Shown here: positions 19,094 to 29,900 of the stretch, piece after piece
How the letters are laid out: every line of letters begins with the position of its first letter
Numbering within the stretch: position 1 is the first letter of the stretch
DNA from: Alphaproteobacteria bacterium
Lineage (GTDB): Bacteria > Pseudomonadota > Alphaproteobacteria > UBA7887
Length of the DNA stretch: 64,000 nt
Assembly (NCBI GenBank): GCA_965216755.1
Contig: CBDCGL010000011.1
Span: forward strand, 1,920,001 to 1,984,000
Reading direction: 5' to 3'
Position numbers and translations under genes: made by a program
Notes under the pieces: generated by a model
What the model saw: the letters and a program-made list of their open reading frames with translations, nothing else
Told to the model about the DNA's origin: nothing
Database searches by the model: none

Positions 19094-19290
19094 TCGGACC
19101 GCGACCGCAGCGGTGAACGGCTCTTGGACTCTGGATGGTGCGGCGCAGTGCCCAGTTGTGGTGGTGCCAAACGACGTCACGACATGGCAGTGCATCGGAC
19201 CCGCAATTCGTGCAAACGCAATAACAAATAATGCCGCTTGGCGTTTCGGCCGCTGGTGGCAAATGACAACAACGGGGTCGCGCCAGAATC

Positions 19291-20829
19291 ATGCGTCAAT
19301 ATCTTCGAACACATAGGGATCGTGAGCTATCTCGGCGGCATAACGCCACTTTGGTCAAGCGCTTGGGCAGCGCCGCGATCGGCCTCGCCGCGGTTCTGGT
19401 CCTGTCAATGCAGTTTGCGGGATGTGCGACCGGGCAATTGCCCTCGGGCGTGCTCAGTTTGCGGAGCCATAGCTACGAGCGCTCGGCAGAACGCTATCCT
19501 GAAATGTCGCGCATCGCGAGCGCTTTCGATTCAGTAGCCGTTCCCGTACCCGACCAACATGAACGGACTCGGCAACTCAACCTGTTTGCGGAAGTTTTCG
19601 AGCTGACTCGGAGCGACTATGTGGACCAGGTGCCCACAACTCAGTTGATCGACGCCGCGGTGAACAGCATGGAAGGCCAACGCGAGGCCGACCCGGAGTC
19701 AGGAACACGCGCGCCACATAAACTGATGACCCTGGCCATGAGCGACATGCTGCATGCGCTGGATCCGCATTCAGATTATCTGTCGGCAGACGACTACCAG
19801 GAAATGCAGGTCAGAACCCGCGGCGAATTCGGCGGACTTGGTATCGAAGTCACCATGGAAGAAGGGTTGATCAAGGTGGTGGCGCCCATCGACGACACCC
19901 CCGCCGCCGCCGCAGGCGTATTAGCCGGCGATTTGATCACCCATGTCGACAACAATCCCATTCTAGGCAAGACCCTTGCCGAGGCCGTCGATTTGATGCG
20001 CGGCCCAATCGGCAGCGAAGTCATTATCTCCGTACTGAGAGGTGAGGAAGAACAGACGCTGGAAATCGGTATCGTACGCGACATGATCCGGATCCAACCG
20101 GTGCGCGCCCACCTGGAAGACGAAATCGGCTACGTGCGGATCACCACATTCAACGAGCGAACCATATCTGGTTTGCGTAAGGCATTGCGAAGGCTCGAGT
20201 CAGATCATGATGGAGCGTTGTCGGGAATCGTCTTGGATCTTCGAAATAACCCAGGTGGTCTGCTTGATCAGGCCTTGGACGTTTCGGACGCCTTTTTGAC
20301 CGAGGGCGAGATTGTCTCGACGATTGGACGTGGCAACAAGCATGTACGCCGTTTTACCGCCGATAGCGATGATTTGTCAGACGGTGTGCCGATGATGGTT
20401 CTTATCAACAGTGGCAGCGCGTCGGCATCGGAAATTGTTTCTGGTGCGTTACAGGATCATGGCCGCGCGACCGTGATCGGCACGCGATCGTTCGGCAAAG
20501 GGTCGGTCCAGACAATCATCCCGGTGCGCAGCGGCGGTGCGGTCCGCCTGACAACGGCAAGATATTACACGCCATCTGGCAACAGCATCCAACTTACGGG
20601 TATTCGCCCAGATGTGACGATCGCGTCGGACGACGAAACCGAGCGCGAACGGGAAGCCGATTTAGAGAACGCGCTACCAGCCGAAGAAAACCCGCTGGCC
20701 ATCGATGCCAAGACGGAAGCGACCAGCCTGTGTCCGGGGGCGCAGCAAAAGGAAGATCCGCCACTGGCGTGTGCCTTGGATATGCTTCGCGGTGCGAGCG
20801 AACTGGCACAAACACCGATCAGTCAGTAG
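19291..20829 (+). CDS. S41A C-terminal processing peptidase (CtpA-like), possible lipoprotein
   Basis: LDPHS, GEFGGLGIEV PDZ entry, DLRNNPGGLL, SASASEIV, GKGSVQ; lipobox-like FAGC. Confidence 0.92.
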   Translation: MRQYLRTHRDRELSRRHNATLVKRLGSAAIGLAAVLVLSMQFAGCATGQLPSGVLSLRSHSYERSAERYPEMSRIASAFDSVAVPVPDQHERTRQLNLFAEVFELTRSDYVDQVPTTQLIDAAVNSMEGQREADPESGTRAPHKLMTLAMSDMLHALDPHSDYLSADDYQEMQVRTRGEFGGLGIEVTMEEGLIKVVAPIDDTPAAAAGVLAGDLITHVDNNPILGKTLAEAVDLMRGPIGSEVIISVLRGEEEQTLEIGIVRDMIRIQPVRAHLEDEIGYVRITTFNERTISGLRKALRRLESDHDGALSGIVLDLRNNPGGLLDQALDVSDAFLTEGEIVSTIGRGNKHVRRFTADSDDLSDGVPMMVLINSGSASASEIVSGALQDHGRATVIGTRSFGKGSVQTIIPVRSGGAVRLTTARYYTPSGNSIQLTGIRPDVTIASDDETEREREADLENALPAEENPLAIDAKTEATSLCPGAQQKEDPPLACALDMLRGASELAQTPISQ

Positions 20830-20854
20830 ACGAATGGCGGTTTGAGATCGCCGC

Positions 20855-21664
20855 TCACCCGGACGATGGCGCCCTGGCAACGGTCTCGTAGGTGTCGACA
20901 TAGCTCGTATGGCTGACCAAAACGTCGCCGGTCGTCCACAAATGTAGTTGGACGCACGGCGGTTCATACACAAATCCGGGCTTCACACCTGGAACCAGGG
21001 TCAAGCCAACCTGGTGAGAGGTTGACGGTGTCGTCGACACAGTCGTTCCGTGCCAATTGGCAACGATCGGGCGGTGGACATGGCCGCAGAGAATTCGCAC
21101 CACATTGCCGTGATCAGCGACAATCGCGCCCAATTGTCCAGCACCCTCGGCCAAGCCCATATGATCCATGTGTTCTATGCCGGTCGCAAATGGTGGGTGA
21201 TGCATCATGACCAGTACCGGTCGGTCGGCCATTGCCCGCATTTGGCGCGCTATCCAGTCGAGCCGCGCGTCACACAATCTGCCGCCATGTGAACCCGGGT
21301 CCAACGTATCCAAGGCAATGACATGCAACGATCCTAACGCGAAAGCATATTGAATAAATCCGTCCGGCGGCATCGTGGGGATAACGTCCCGAAAAGTCGT
21401 GCGCAATTGATCGCGATCATCGTGATTGCCCGGAATCAGGAAATAGCGCCTGTCCAACCCATCAAGCATGGCACGCAAACGTGCATACTCGGCCGCCGAA
21501 CCCTGATCGACCAGATCTCCAGTCAAAAAAATCGCGTCCGGTCGCGGACGAAGACGATTCACGTGAGCAACCGCGCGTTCCAGATATGCGCCAGTGTCAA
21601 CACTGCCACTGGCAAGCGCGCCCGCCGCACAAATGTGAAGATCCGTCATGTGAGCGATCAACAT
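20855..21664 (-). CDS. Metallophosphoesterase (CpdA/GpdQ-like phosphodiesterase)
   Basis: DLH, TGDLVD, PGNHD, HHPP and CGHVH motifs. Confidence 0.9.
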   Translation of the reverse strand: MLIAHMTDLHICAAGALASGSVDTGAYLERAVAHVNRLRPRPDAIFLTGDLVDQGSAAEYARLRAMLDGLDRRYFLIPGNHDDRDQLRTTFRDVIPTMPPDGFIQYAFALGSLHVIALDTLDPGSHGGRLCDARLDWIARQMRAMADRPVLVMMHHPPFATGIEHMDHMGLAEGAGQLGAIVADHGNVVRILCGHVHRPIVANWHGTTVSTTPSTSHQVGLTLVPGVKPGFVYEPPCVQLHLWTTGDVLVSHTSYVDTYETVARAPSSG

Positions 21665-21716
21665 CGTGGGCGGCCCGAGAGACTCGGCTAAAGCACCCCG
21701 GCACGCATAGCGATCA

Positions 21717-22721
21717 TCAAATCAACCCAGCCAGAGGCGAAGACGGATCCGCATAGGTCCGTTTCGGCATACGTCCGGCAAGATAGGCGAGCCGACCCGA
21801 TTCAACAGCAAGCTTCATCGCCGCCGCCATCAAGATCGGATCCTTGGCTTCGGCAATTGCCGTATTCATCAAAACACCATCACAACCAAGCTCCATCGCC
21901 ACCGCGGCATCGGACGCCGTCCCCACGCCCGCATCCACCAAGACCGGCACCGATGCCTGTTCAACGATGAGCCGAATATTGACGGGATTCTGTATGCCAA
22001 GGCCCGAACCTATCGGCGCGGCCAGGGGCATGATCGCACAGCAGCCGATGTCTTCGAGACGTTTCGCCATCAAAGGATCATCACTGCAATAAACCATCAC
22101 CTCGAAGCCGTCTTTGATCAGCGCCTCGGCCGCCGCCAACGTCTCAACCATGTCCGGATACAACGTCTTCCGATCGCCAAGGACCTCCAATTTCACCAGT
22201 GACCAGCCACCGGCTTCACGCGCCAGCCTTAGGGTGCGCAGGGCGTCTTCCGCCGAAAAACATCCGGCGGTGTTGGGCAAATAGACGTACCGTTTGGGAT
22301 CGACATAGTCCATCAACATCGGCGCATTCGGATCTGTGACATTGACCCGTCGCACGGCGACAGTGACAATCTCCGCGCCCGAGGCCGCCAAAGCATCGGC
22401 CGTCTGCCGAAAATCCTTGTATTTTCCGGTACCCACGATCAAACGAGACGCGAACGCATGCCCGCCGACCTGCCAAACGTCGCCGTTGCCGGTTAGCACG
22501 GCCGCTTCAGTCGCGGCTTGATTGCCGCCGCCGATGAAATGGACAATCTCCAACACATCCCCATCGGACAGTCGAACTTGTTCATAACGGGACCGCTGCA
22601 CAATTTCGCGGTTGCGCTCGACAGCGATCTTTCGTGCGTCCAAGCCCAGGCACCCCAGCAAGCCGTCAATTGTCAATGCCGTGTCAAAGGTGCGGTCTTC
22701 GCCATTGATCGTAATGCGCAT
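21717..22721 (-). CDS. thiG: Fused sulfur carrier ThiS / thiazole synthase ThiG
   Basis: N-terminal ThiS (ITINGE...VERNREIV...IVHFIGGG) fused to ThiG ([27 protein letters not shown]). Confidence 0.95.
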   Translation of the reverse strand: MRITINGEDRTFDTALTIDGLLGCLGLDARKIAVERNREIVQRSRYEQVRLSDGDVLEIVHFIGGGNQAATEAAVLTGNGDVWQVGGHAFASRLIVGTGKYKDFRQTADALAASGAEIVTVAVRRVNVTDPNAPMLMDYVDPKRYVYLPNTAGCFSAEDALRTLRLAREAGGWSLVKLEVLGDRKTLYPDMVETLAAAEALIKDGFEVMVYCSDDPLMAKRLEDIGCCAIMPLAAPIGSGLGIQNPVNIRLIVEQASVPVLVDAGVGTASDAAVAMELGCDGVLMNTAIAEAKDPILMAAAMKLAVESGRLAYLAGRMPKRTYADPSSPLAGLI

Positions 22722-22897
22722 TGCTGTTTGATTCCCGTTCAGTCGTCGCGCCGCTATTGCGCGGTGCCTTGGTCTCGCCCTAAATGATCAGAAATGCAAT
22801 CGCCGTCAAGACAACACCAGCGCGACGCGGACGACAATCGATATCGGCAATTGAAGTCAGACAAGCGAGGCATGATATAAGCAGGCCGAAACGTGAG

Positions 22898-23341
22898 ATG
22901 TGCACATTCCTGATCCTCAATGGTCCCAATCTGAACATGTTGGGGCTGCGCCAGCCCGAAATTTACGGTCGGGAGAGCCTTGCCGACGTCCGGCAGCTAT
23001 GCGAATCGGCGCTGGAACCACTGGGGGTTTCACTCGACTTTCGACAGACCAATGGCGAAGGTGAACTTGTGACCTGGGTCCAAGAGGCACGCGAAACGGC
23101 CGATGGCATTGTCATCAATGCCGGCGCGCATACACACACTTCCATCGCCCTTCTCGACGCGCTGTTGGCCAGCGCAGTGCCGACCGTCGAAGTGCACATG
23201 TCTAATATTCACGCCCGCGAAGCGTTTCGCCGGCACTCCTACGTGTCACGTGCCGCCCATGGCATGATCTGCGGCTTCGGCGCGTATGGCTATGTGTTAG
23301 GATTGCGCGCGCTCCACAAGGTGGTAACCAAAGAAAGTTAG
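22898..23341 (+). CDS. aroQ: Type II 3-dehydroquinate dehydratase
   Basis: LNGPNLNMLGLRQPEIYG, INAGAHTHTS, EVHMSN. Confidence 0.96.
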   Translation: MCTFLILNGPNLNMLGLRQPEIYGRESLADVRQLCESALEPLGVSLDFRQTNGEGELVTWVQEARETADGIVINAGAHTHTSIALLDALLASAVPTVEVHMSNIHAREAFRRHSYVSRAAHGMICGFGAYGYVLGLRALHKVVTKES

Positions 23342-23344
23342 TCG

Positions 23345-23809
23345 GTGGCAGGAAAGTTTGAGGTAGACGGGGGCCTTATACGTCAACTTGCTGAATTGCT
23401 TGACGAAACAGGGCTAACAGAAATCGAAATTGGCACAGGCAACCGGCACGTCAGAGTCGCACGAACGCCGGATCGGTCGCCCGCCATGGTCGCTCAAGAG
23501 GGCCTTGTCGCCCCCGCGACACCGGCAACTGGAGCGCCCGCTTCGGCCCAGGACAACGCCGACGGACAACCTCCGGCCGGCGCGGTGACCTCGCCGATGG
23601 TGGGCACCGTCTATGTCGCCGCGGAGCCTGGCGCGGCGCCATTTGTTACCATCGGTTCGATGGTGGCCGAAGGCGACACACTGTTCATCATCGAGGCCAT
23701 GAAGACAATGAATCCGGTACGCGCGCCGCGATCCGGCAAGATCGGAGATATTCTGGTCAACAACGGCACTCCGGTCGAATATGGCGAAACCCTCGCCATC
23801 CTGAGTTAG
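23345..23809 (+). CDS. accB: Acetyl-CoA carboxylase biotin carboxyl carrier protein
   Basis: SPMVGTVY; EAMKTMN biotinylation motif. Confidence 0.96.
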   Translation: MAGKFEVDGGLIRQLAELLDETGLTEIEIGTGNRHVRVARTPDRSPAMVAQEGLVAPATPATGAPASAQDNADGQPPAGAVTSPMVGTVYVAAEPGAAPFVTIGSMVAEGDTLFIIEAMKTMNPVRAPRSGKIGDILVNNGTPVEYGETLAILS

Positions 23810-23823
23810 CGCGCGGCGCGCCC

Positions 23824-25176
23824 ATGTTCGAAAAAGTGCTCATTGCGAATCGCGGCGAAGTCGCATTGCGCATTCACCGCGCATGCCGCGAGATGGGCAT
23901 CCGAACCGTTGCCATCCATTCCACCGCGGATTCCGACGCTATGCACGTCCGCTTGGCCGACGAATCGGTGTGTATCGGGCCACCGCCGGCACGCGCCAGC
24001 TATTTGAACATTCCGTCAATCATGGCCGCGGCCGAAGTCACCGGCGCCGACGCCGTCCATCCCGGCTATGGTTTTCTGGCTGAGAATGCGAATTTTGCCC
24101 GCATTGTTGCCGAGCATGGTCTGAAACTGATCGGACCCAGCGCCGAGCACATGGCGCTGATGGGCGACAAAGTCGCCGCGCGGAAAGCTATGTCCGGCCT
24201 GGGGTTGGCAATGGTGCCCGGATCGGACGGTCCGGTGCGCGACCCAACCGCCGCGCGCGCGATCGCGCAAGAGATCGGCTTTCCGGTCATCGTCAAGGCA
24301 AGCGCCGGTGGCGGCGGCCGCGGTATGAAAATCGTTCGCGACCCCACCACTCTTGAACCCTTGATAGCCGCCGCTCGCGCCGAGGCACGCGAATCATTCG
24401 GCGACGACACGGTCTATATCGAGCGCCTCCTGGAGCGGCCACGTCATATTGAGATCCAAATTCTCGCCGACGACCACGGCAATGTCGTGCAGTTTGGCGA
24501 ACGCGATTGTTCGTTACAGCGTCGACACCAGAAGATCCTTGAGGAAGCGCCGTCACCCGCGTTGCCACCCACGTTACGGGCGCGCATGGGCGAGCTGGCG
24601 CAGACGGCCATGACGCGGCTCGGATATAGCGGCGTCGGCACAATCGAATTTCTGTTGGATGGCGATTCGTTCTATTTCATCGAGATGAACACGCGTTTGC
24701 AGGTCGAACACCCGGTTACCGAAATGATCAGCGGCGTTGACCTGGTGCGTGAGCAGATTCGCATCGCCGCCGGCGAAGAGCTGGGTTATGCACAGACGGA
24801 CGTCCGCCTTCAAGGCCATGCGATCGAGTGTCGAATCACGGCTGAAGATCCGGAAACATTTGCGCCAATGCCTGGACGGGTCAGCGATTACCATCCGCCT
24901 GGTGGGCTCGGCGTTCGAGTCGACTCAGCGCTTTACTCAGGCTACGCGGTGCCACCTTATTACGACAGCATGATCGCCAAACTGATCGTCCACGGCGCCA
25001 ACAGGGACGAATGTTTGATGCGTCTCAGACGCAGCCTGGAGGAGTTCGTTATCGGCGGGATTGAGACCACATTGCCCCTTCATCGACGCCTGGTTGATGA
25101 CGCTGATTTTGCCGCTGGCGCTTATGATATCAATTGGTTAGAAAGGTTCATCGGTAGCGTCCGCAAGGAGCCATAG
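23824..25176 (+). CDS. accC: Biotin carboxylase
   Basis: [48 protein letters not shown]. Confidence 0.97.
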   Translation: MFEKVLIANRGEVALRIHRACREMGIRTVAIHSTADSDAMHVRLADESVCIGPPPARASYLNIPSIMAAAEVTGADAVHPGYGFLAENANFARIVAEHGLKLIGPSAEHMALMGDKVAARKAMSGLGLAMVPGSDGPVRDPTAARAIAQEIGFPVIVKASAGGGGRGMKIVRDPTTLEPLIAAARAEARESFGDDTVYIERLLERPRHIEIQILADDHGNVVQFGERDCSLQRRHQKILEEAPSPALPPTLRARMGELAQTAMTRLGYSGVGTIEFLLDGDSFYFIEMNTRLQVEHPVTEMISGVDLVREQIRIAAGEELGYAQTDVRLQGHAIECRITAEDPETFAPMPGRVSDYHPPGGLGVRVDSALYSGYAVPPYYDSMIAKLIVHGANRDECLMRLRRSLEEFVIGGIETTLPLHRRLVDDADFAAGAYDINWLERFIGSVRKEP

Positions 25177-25220
25177 ACATCGACGCCATAAAGCCGCCGC
25201 GCATCACCGCCGATACCCTG

Positions 25221-25868
25221 TTGCGCGCCTATCAATGGGGCCTCTTCCCGATGGGCGAGAGCCGCGACGACCCGACCATTTACTGGGTCGACCCCGAATC
25301 GCGTGGCATCTTGCCGATTGCGTCATTTCACATTCCGCGTCGTTTGCGCCGCACCCTGCGTCGCACACCCTTTCGGGTCTCGGTTGACCATGCGTTTGGC
25401 GCGGTCATCGAGGCTTGCTCCGAACCGGCCAACGGCCGACCCACAACCTGGATCAACAACCGGATTATTGAGCTCTATTCGGATTTACATCGAATGGGTT
25501 ACGGACATTCGGTTGAATGTTGGGATGGCGAGCGATTGGTTGGTGGCCTGTATGGGGTCTCCATCGGCGCCGCTTTTTTCGGGGAAAGCATGTTCAGTCG
25601 AGCTGCCGATGCCAGCAAAATCGCGTTGGTCCACCTGGTTCAGCGCCTGTCGGCTGGTGGTTATACCCTGCTCGACACGCAGTTCGTAACAGACCATTTG
25701 GCCCAGTTCGGCGCGATCGACGTGCCGCGTGCCCACTACCTGAAGCTGCTGGCGAACGCGCTGCGGCGTCGCGGGGATTTCTACTCGCTGCCACCCGATG
25801 TGGGGTCGGTCGCCGAAATCTCGCCCGTCGGCGTCACCGGTGAGGTATTTGGGTCAGTCGACTCATAG
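25221..25868 (+). CDS. aat: Leucyl/phenylalanyl-tRNA--protein transferase (true start possibly ~25179, non-canonical)
   Basis: [39 protein letters not shown]. Confidence 0.93.
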   Translation: MRAYQWGLFPMGESRDDPTIYWVDPESRGILPIASFHIPRRLRRTLRRTPFRVSVDHAFGAVIEACSEPANGRPTTWINNRIIELYSDLHRMGYGHSVECWDGERLVGGLYGVSIGAAFFGESMFSRAADASKIALVHLVQRLSAGGYTLLDTQFVTDHLAQFGAIDVPRAHYLKLLANALRRRGDFYSLPPDVGSVAEISPVGVTGEVFGSVDS

Positions 25869-26287
25869 TTTTTGCACGACAATACAATGATGTCGTAGAC
25901 GGGATGTTCTAACGTCGACAAACCGGGACTCGATGCGAACATCCAACCTTGAAAAATCAGCTCGGGCGGTTCACCGGGCTTCGCTTCCGCGATTTCCATA
26001 AACACGGTGCTTTCCGGCGTTTCCTCGGGCGGGGCCTGTAAACACTGGCGTGCCATGACCCGCAGATTTCCGAAAGCGAGCTCCAAATTCATCGGCACAT
26101 CAAGGACATAAACACGCCCGGTGACTTTGTCCAAAGCCTCCAGAACGGCGATTTCCATGGGATCCGCACCATATGCCGACCCCGGCCCCGCCACGGATAC
26201 CGCGGACGCCCATACGGCCCAAAACAAGGCTATCCAGCGCCCATGACGTGCACAGCCCCGCGGTCGTTCAGTCTTCAAATGGTGCAT
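25781..26287 (-). CDS. DUF2155 domain protein
   Basis: [39 protein letters not shown]; start uncertain. Confidence 0.88.
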   Translation of the reverse strand: MHHLKTERPRGCARHGRWIALFWAVWASAVSVAGPGSAYGADPMEIAVLEALDKVTGRVYVLDVPMNLELAFGNLRVMARQCLQAPPEETPESTVFMEIAEAKPGEPPELIFQGWMFASSPGLSTLEHPVYDIIVLSCKNYESTDPNTSPVTPTGEISATDPTSGGSE

Positions 26288-26546
26288 CCAATTCCGCCAC
26301 CAGAGCCGCGAGAACCGATCGAACCTGTTGTTCGTCACACCCCATGAGAACCGCGTCTTCCAAGGCCTCCTGACACATTTCGCGGATTTCGAGAATGTTC
26401 TCGTTCAAAACCTTGATTTTCTCTGTGCACGAAACTGGTGTGCCGTCACGACCACGCCATTCGTCTGGCACCAAAGTGCCTTTCTGATTTGCGTCCAAGT
26501 TGGTCATCTTGGGCGATATCGACTCCGGTTTTTCCGCGTCAGCCAT
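26268..26546 (-). CDS. Small acidic conserved hypothetical protein
   Basis: 92 aa ORF tightly packed between mlaD and DUF2155; DGTPVSCTEKIKVLNEN...EDAVLMGCDEQQVR resembles a recurring alphaproteobacterial hypothetical. Confidence 0.75.
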   Translation of the reverse strand: MADAEKPESISPKMTNLDANQKGTLVPDEWRGRDGTPVSCTEKIKVLNENILEIREMCQEALEDAVLMGCDEQQVRSVLAALVAELDAPFED

Positions 26547-26552
26547 GCTGAC

Positions 26553-27002
26553 TTAGTTGGTGTTCTTCTGGCTAAACACAAGCTGCGTGATCAACCCGAT
26601 GAGATCAGGCGCGGCCTGTGTATATTGAATTTCGTCGCCGGCAGCCAAAACCGCGTCCTCGCCGCCCGGCTCCAGCGCGATGAACGCGCCGCCCAGCAAG
26701 CCTTCCGCACCAATCGATGCCGATGTGTCTAGCGGAAGTTTAATTTCATCGTCGATGCTCAACGTGACCCGCGCGAGATAGGTCTCCGGGTCAATGTCCA
26801 TGCGGTGAACCGAGCCAACCTTGATGCCGCTGATCCGGACATCGGCGCCTTCGTTCAGCGTGCCAATCGCCGTGAACTGCGCGACCACGGTGTAGCCGCT
26901 TACCCGACGCACGTCAGATTGCGTGTAAGCGAATACCAAAAAAATTACCGCGACGGCCAAGACAACCGCGCCGATCAAAGTTTCAGCAATGTTCCGTGTC
27001 AT
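26553..27002 (-). CDS. mlaD: MCE/MlaD family lipid transport protein
   Basis: N-terminal TM helix; GADVRISGIKVGSV; EGLLGGAFIALEPGG. Confidence 0.92.
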   Translation of the reverse strand: MTRNIAETLIGAVVLAVAVIFLVFAYTQSDVRRVSGYTVVAQFTAIGTLNEGADVRISGIKVGSVHRMDIDPETYLARVTLSIDDEIKLPLDTSASIGAEGLLGGAFIALEPGGEDAVLAAGDEIQYTQAAPDLIGLITQLVFSQKNTN

Positions 27003-27049
27003 GGTGCCTTTCCGTGACGCCGCGTGACCACGTTATCTCGGTCAGCACA

Positions 27050-27709
27050 TCACTCGCTCGCGTGTATGTTTGGATAGCGTTCAGTCAGGTCGTCCAAGAG
27101 TGCGTCGTCGATTTCGCCGGTGACAGGCAATCCGGCGTCAATTTGAAAATTGCGAATACCGCGCCGCGTAATCGGCCCAAGCAACCCATCGACCGCGTGA
27201 TCATAATAGCCCCGCGATTTCAGCTCGGCTTGGATCTCAATGACCAGCGCTTGCGCCGGTGTTGGCGTCGCGCGTGCGGTAAACCCCGGCCGATAGATCT
27301 TTGGCGACGCGAACTTCAGATGATCCAGCAGATCGCGCGAGAGCTGGCCATCGACGGGCAGGCCCGCCGCGGATTGATAATCGCGCACCGCCTGGACCGT
27401 GTCGCGCGTCACCGTACCGTTGATTTGTCCCGAATCAAATCCGTGGATCGCCAATTCCTTTTGAATCGCCACAATATAGGCGGCCCGCATGCCGGCCGGC
27501 ATTTCTGTGACAAGCTGCGCCACGCGCACGGCATGCGGCGTGGCTTGACTCGCCGCGTTCTTCAAGATCGTGTGCACGAGTATTCCTGCCGACGCCGTCG
27601 ACATTGCCCAAACGGTGAACCCGACAGCCACAACGGGCCCGCACATCACAATGGACCATTTCGATCTAACCAATTGTCCCCCGAATATCTGTGGAAGATA
27701 TAAAACCAC
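27050..27709 (-). CDS. Peptidoglycan-binding domain protein (two PG_binding_1 repeats)
   Basis: IQKELAIHGFDSGQINGTVTRDTVQAVRDYQSAAGLPVDG and IQAELKSRGYYDHAVDGLLGPITRRGIRNFQIDAGLPVTG; start uncertain. Confidence 0.85.
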   Translation of the reverse strand: MVLYLPQIFGGQLVRSKWSIVMCGPVVAVGFTVWAMSTASAGILVHTILKNAASQATPHAVRVAQLVTEMPAGMRAAYIVAIQKELAIHGFDSGQINGTVTRDTVQAVRDYQSAAGLPVDGQLSRDLLDHLKFASPKIYRPGFTARATPTPAQALVIEIQAELKSRGYYDHAVDGLLGPITRRGIRNFQIDAGLPVTGEIDDALLDDLTERYPNIHASE

Positions 27710-27843
27710 TTATGGCGCCAGACTGTGCGTTTCCAGCGTGACGATCACAGCAAACGGTGGCGCGGCAAGCAAAGAATCCGCATGTTTTTCCGCCGTTTGA
27801 TCGCCGCACGCTGCGGTGGCGTGACAAGACCAATGTTGCAGCC

Positions 27844-28212
27844 TCAATTCGCGTTCGGCGTCCACGGTTCATAATCACCGGTCGCGGCCGCACGTTGGCC
27901 ACCGCGCTCCAAGGCTCCGGACGGGCGATAGGCCGCGTGTGTGCCTGTCAAGTTGGGTTCGTGCTCTTTTTGCCACGATCGCTCGATCACCGGGCTCACC
28001 GTCGGTGGCTCGGCAAACGTATGAGTCAACCAGCCCTGCCACTCCGGCGGCACCGCTGACGCTTCAGGCTCGCCATGATAGATCACCCAGCGCCGTTCTT
28101 TGGTGCCCGCCTTGCGGCGTCGATCACGATAATAATGATTTCCGAACTGGTCCTCGCCGACCAGTTCGCCGCGCCAATAAGTGAAAAGCCGCGTTCCCCA
28201 AGTTGCGCCCAT
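27844..28212 (-). CDS. NADH:ubiquinone oxidoreductase accessory subunit NDUFA12-like (17.2 kDa)
   Basis: GELVGEDQFGNHYY, RRWVIY, VPPEWQGWL, PNLTGT, DYEPWTP. Confidence 0.93.
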   Translation of the reverse strand: MGATWGTRLFTYWRGELVGEDQFGNHYYRDRRRKAGTKERRWVIYHGEPEASAVPPEWQGWLTHTFAEPPTVSPVIERSWQKEHEPNLTGTHAAYRPSGALERGGQRAAATGDYEPWTPNAN

Positions 28213-28381
28213 CGCACAGTCTGCCCCGATTTTTGCGCCAGCATCCAACACCGGTCAGCGCCGCCACAGTGGACCGAATATGGCGTCGCGGCTCGCGTCC
28301 GTCCAGCACACAATTGCCACCATTCCCGGCACCCCATGGCTCGGCTAAAATCACGCAAAGCGTGGCGCAAAGGAGCTGGCT

Positions 28382-29707
28382 ATGACATTCGAACATTTAC
28401 TTTTTCGTTTCGGCGTCGTCATCGCGACGCTCTTGCTCCTAACGACGCCGGCCTCGGCGGAACCCTATTACGACAGGGAAATCAGCGCATTGGCTGACCG
28501 AATTGAAGCCCAAGTCATCGCCTGGCGGCGCGATATCCATGCCAATCCGGAACTCAGCAATCGTGAATTTCGAACCTCCGCCTTGGTCGCCAAACATTTG
28601 ACCACGCTTGGTTTTGATGAAGTGCGTACAGATGTCGCGCACACCGGTGTCGTCGGTTTGCTGGTCGGCGGCCAGCCGGGCGGCGTTGTGGCTCTACGGG
28701 CGGATATGGACGCACTGCCCGTCACGGAACAAACCGGCCTACCTTTCGCTTCCACAGTACGCACCACGTACAATGGCCAGGACGTCGGCGTCATGCATGC
28801 CTGTGGTCATGACGCCCATACCGCGATGTTGATGGGTGTTGCGTCGATTTTGGCTGAGATGCGCGACACGATCCCTGGCACCGTCAAGTTCATCTTTCAG
28901 CCGGCAGAAGAAGGGCCACCAGAAGGAGAGAATGGTGGCGCTAAGATGATGGTCGAGGAAGGCGCTCTGACGAATCCAACGCCGCAAGCGATTTTTGGAC
29001 TTCATGTGGGTCCACGAAACCGAAATGTGCTGTTTGCCGCCAAAGGCGCCATGCTCGCCAGTGCGGACGTTCTCAAGATCGAAGTCGAAGGGCGACAAAC
29101 CCATGGTGCCGCGCCTTGGCGCGGTGTCGACCCAATTGTCGTGGCGGCCCAGATCATCTTGGGGCTGCAAACAATTCATAGCCGGCAGGTCGATACCCGT
29201 GAGCCGGCAGTGATTTCGGTTGGCAGTATCCATGGCGGCGTCCGCAACAATATCATTCCCGATCGTGTTGAAATGATCGGGACAGTGCGCACGCACAGCC
29301 AAGACGTCCGCGCCGACATCAAAGATCGCATTCGCCGCACGGCAACACACATTGCCGAGAGCGCCGGCGCAACGGCCACTGTATCATTTGGATTTGGCAT
29401 TCCGGTCGCGTACAACGAACCCGCATTGGTCGAAGACATGCTACCGAGTCTGGTCCGCGTGGCGGGCCCCCGCCATGTCAAGCCGACGGTGGCCGTCATG
29501 GGCTATGAGGATTTCGCGTTTTTTCAGCAGCAGATCCCGGGCATGTTTGTGTTCCTGGGGGCACGACCAGCCGACATTCCCGCGGACCAAGCCGCGCCAA
29601 ACCATTCGCCAAGATTTATCATCGACGAGACCGCGTTGAAAACCGGCGTGCGGGCGCTCACAACTTTGGCGCTTGACTTCTTGCATAAACCATCGGCAAG
29701 GAATTGA
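28382..29707 (+). CDS. M20D family amidohydrolase, exported
   Basis: Signal peptide; RRDIHANPELS, LRADMDALP, MHACGHD, FQPAEEG, EDF, NHSPRF. Confidence 0.92.
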   Translation: MTFEHLLFRFGVVIATLLLLTTPASAEPYYDREISALADRIEAQVIAWRRDIHANPELSNREFRTSALVAKHLTTLGFDEVRTDVAHTGVVGLLVGGQPGGVVALRADMDALPVTEQTGLPFASTVRTTYNGQDVGVMHACGHDAHTAMLMGVASILAEMRDTIPGTVKFIFQPAEEGPPEGENGGAKMMVEEGALTNPTPQAIFGLHVGPRNRNVLFAAKGAMLASADVLKIEVEGRQTHGAAPWRGVDPIVVAAQIILGLQTIHSRQVDTREPAVISVGSIHGGVRNNIIPDRVEMIGTVRTHSQDVRADIKDRIRRTATHIAESAGATATVSFGFGIPVAYNEPALVEDMLPSLVRVAGPRHVKPTVAVMGYEDFAFFQQQIPGMFVFLGARPADIPADQAAPNHSPRFIIDETALKTGVRALTTLALDFLHKPSARN

Positions 29708-29900
29708 CAGGCGGACGGTCAAGCGCCCCATGGCCGATTGGGTGATTCGTTAACCCCAAATCCGGGGCGAATTGGCGATCGTTTCGGCTTCGTCAAAGAC
29801 GTTTTGGCGGTCTCGAACAGCATCTAGTGGTGCGCCTCGATCGCTAGGCTATTGGATCCACTACATTTCGAAAAAAAGCTTTGCGCACCGAACATATGTC

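Noticed and set aside
21717-22897. ThiS-ThiG fusion as a novelty, and a TPP riboswitch upstream
   Set aside because: The fusion is common in Alphaproteobacteria, and no TPP riboswitch core is visible in the short intergenic region
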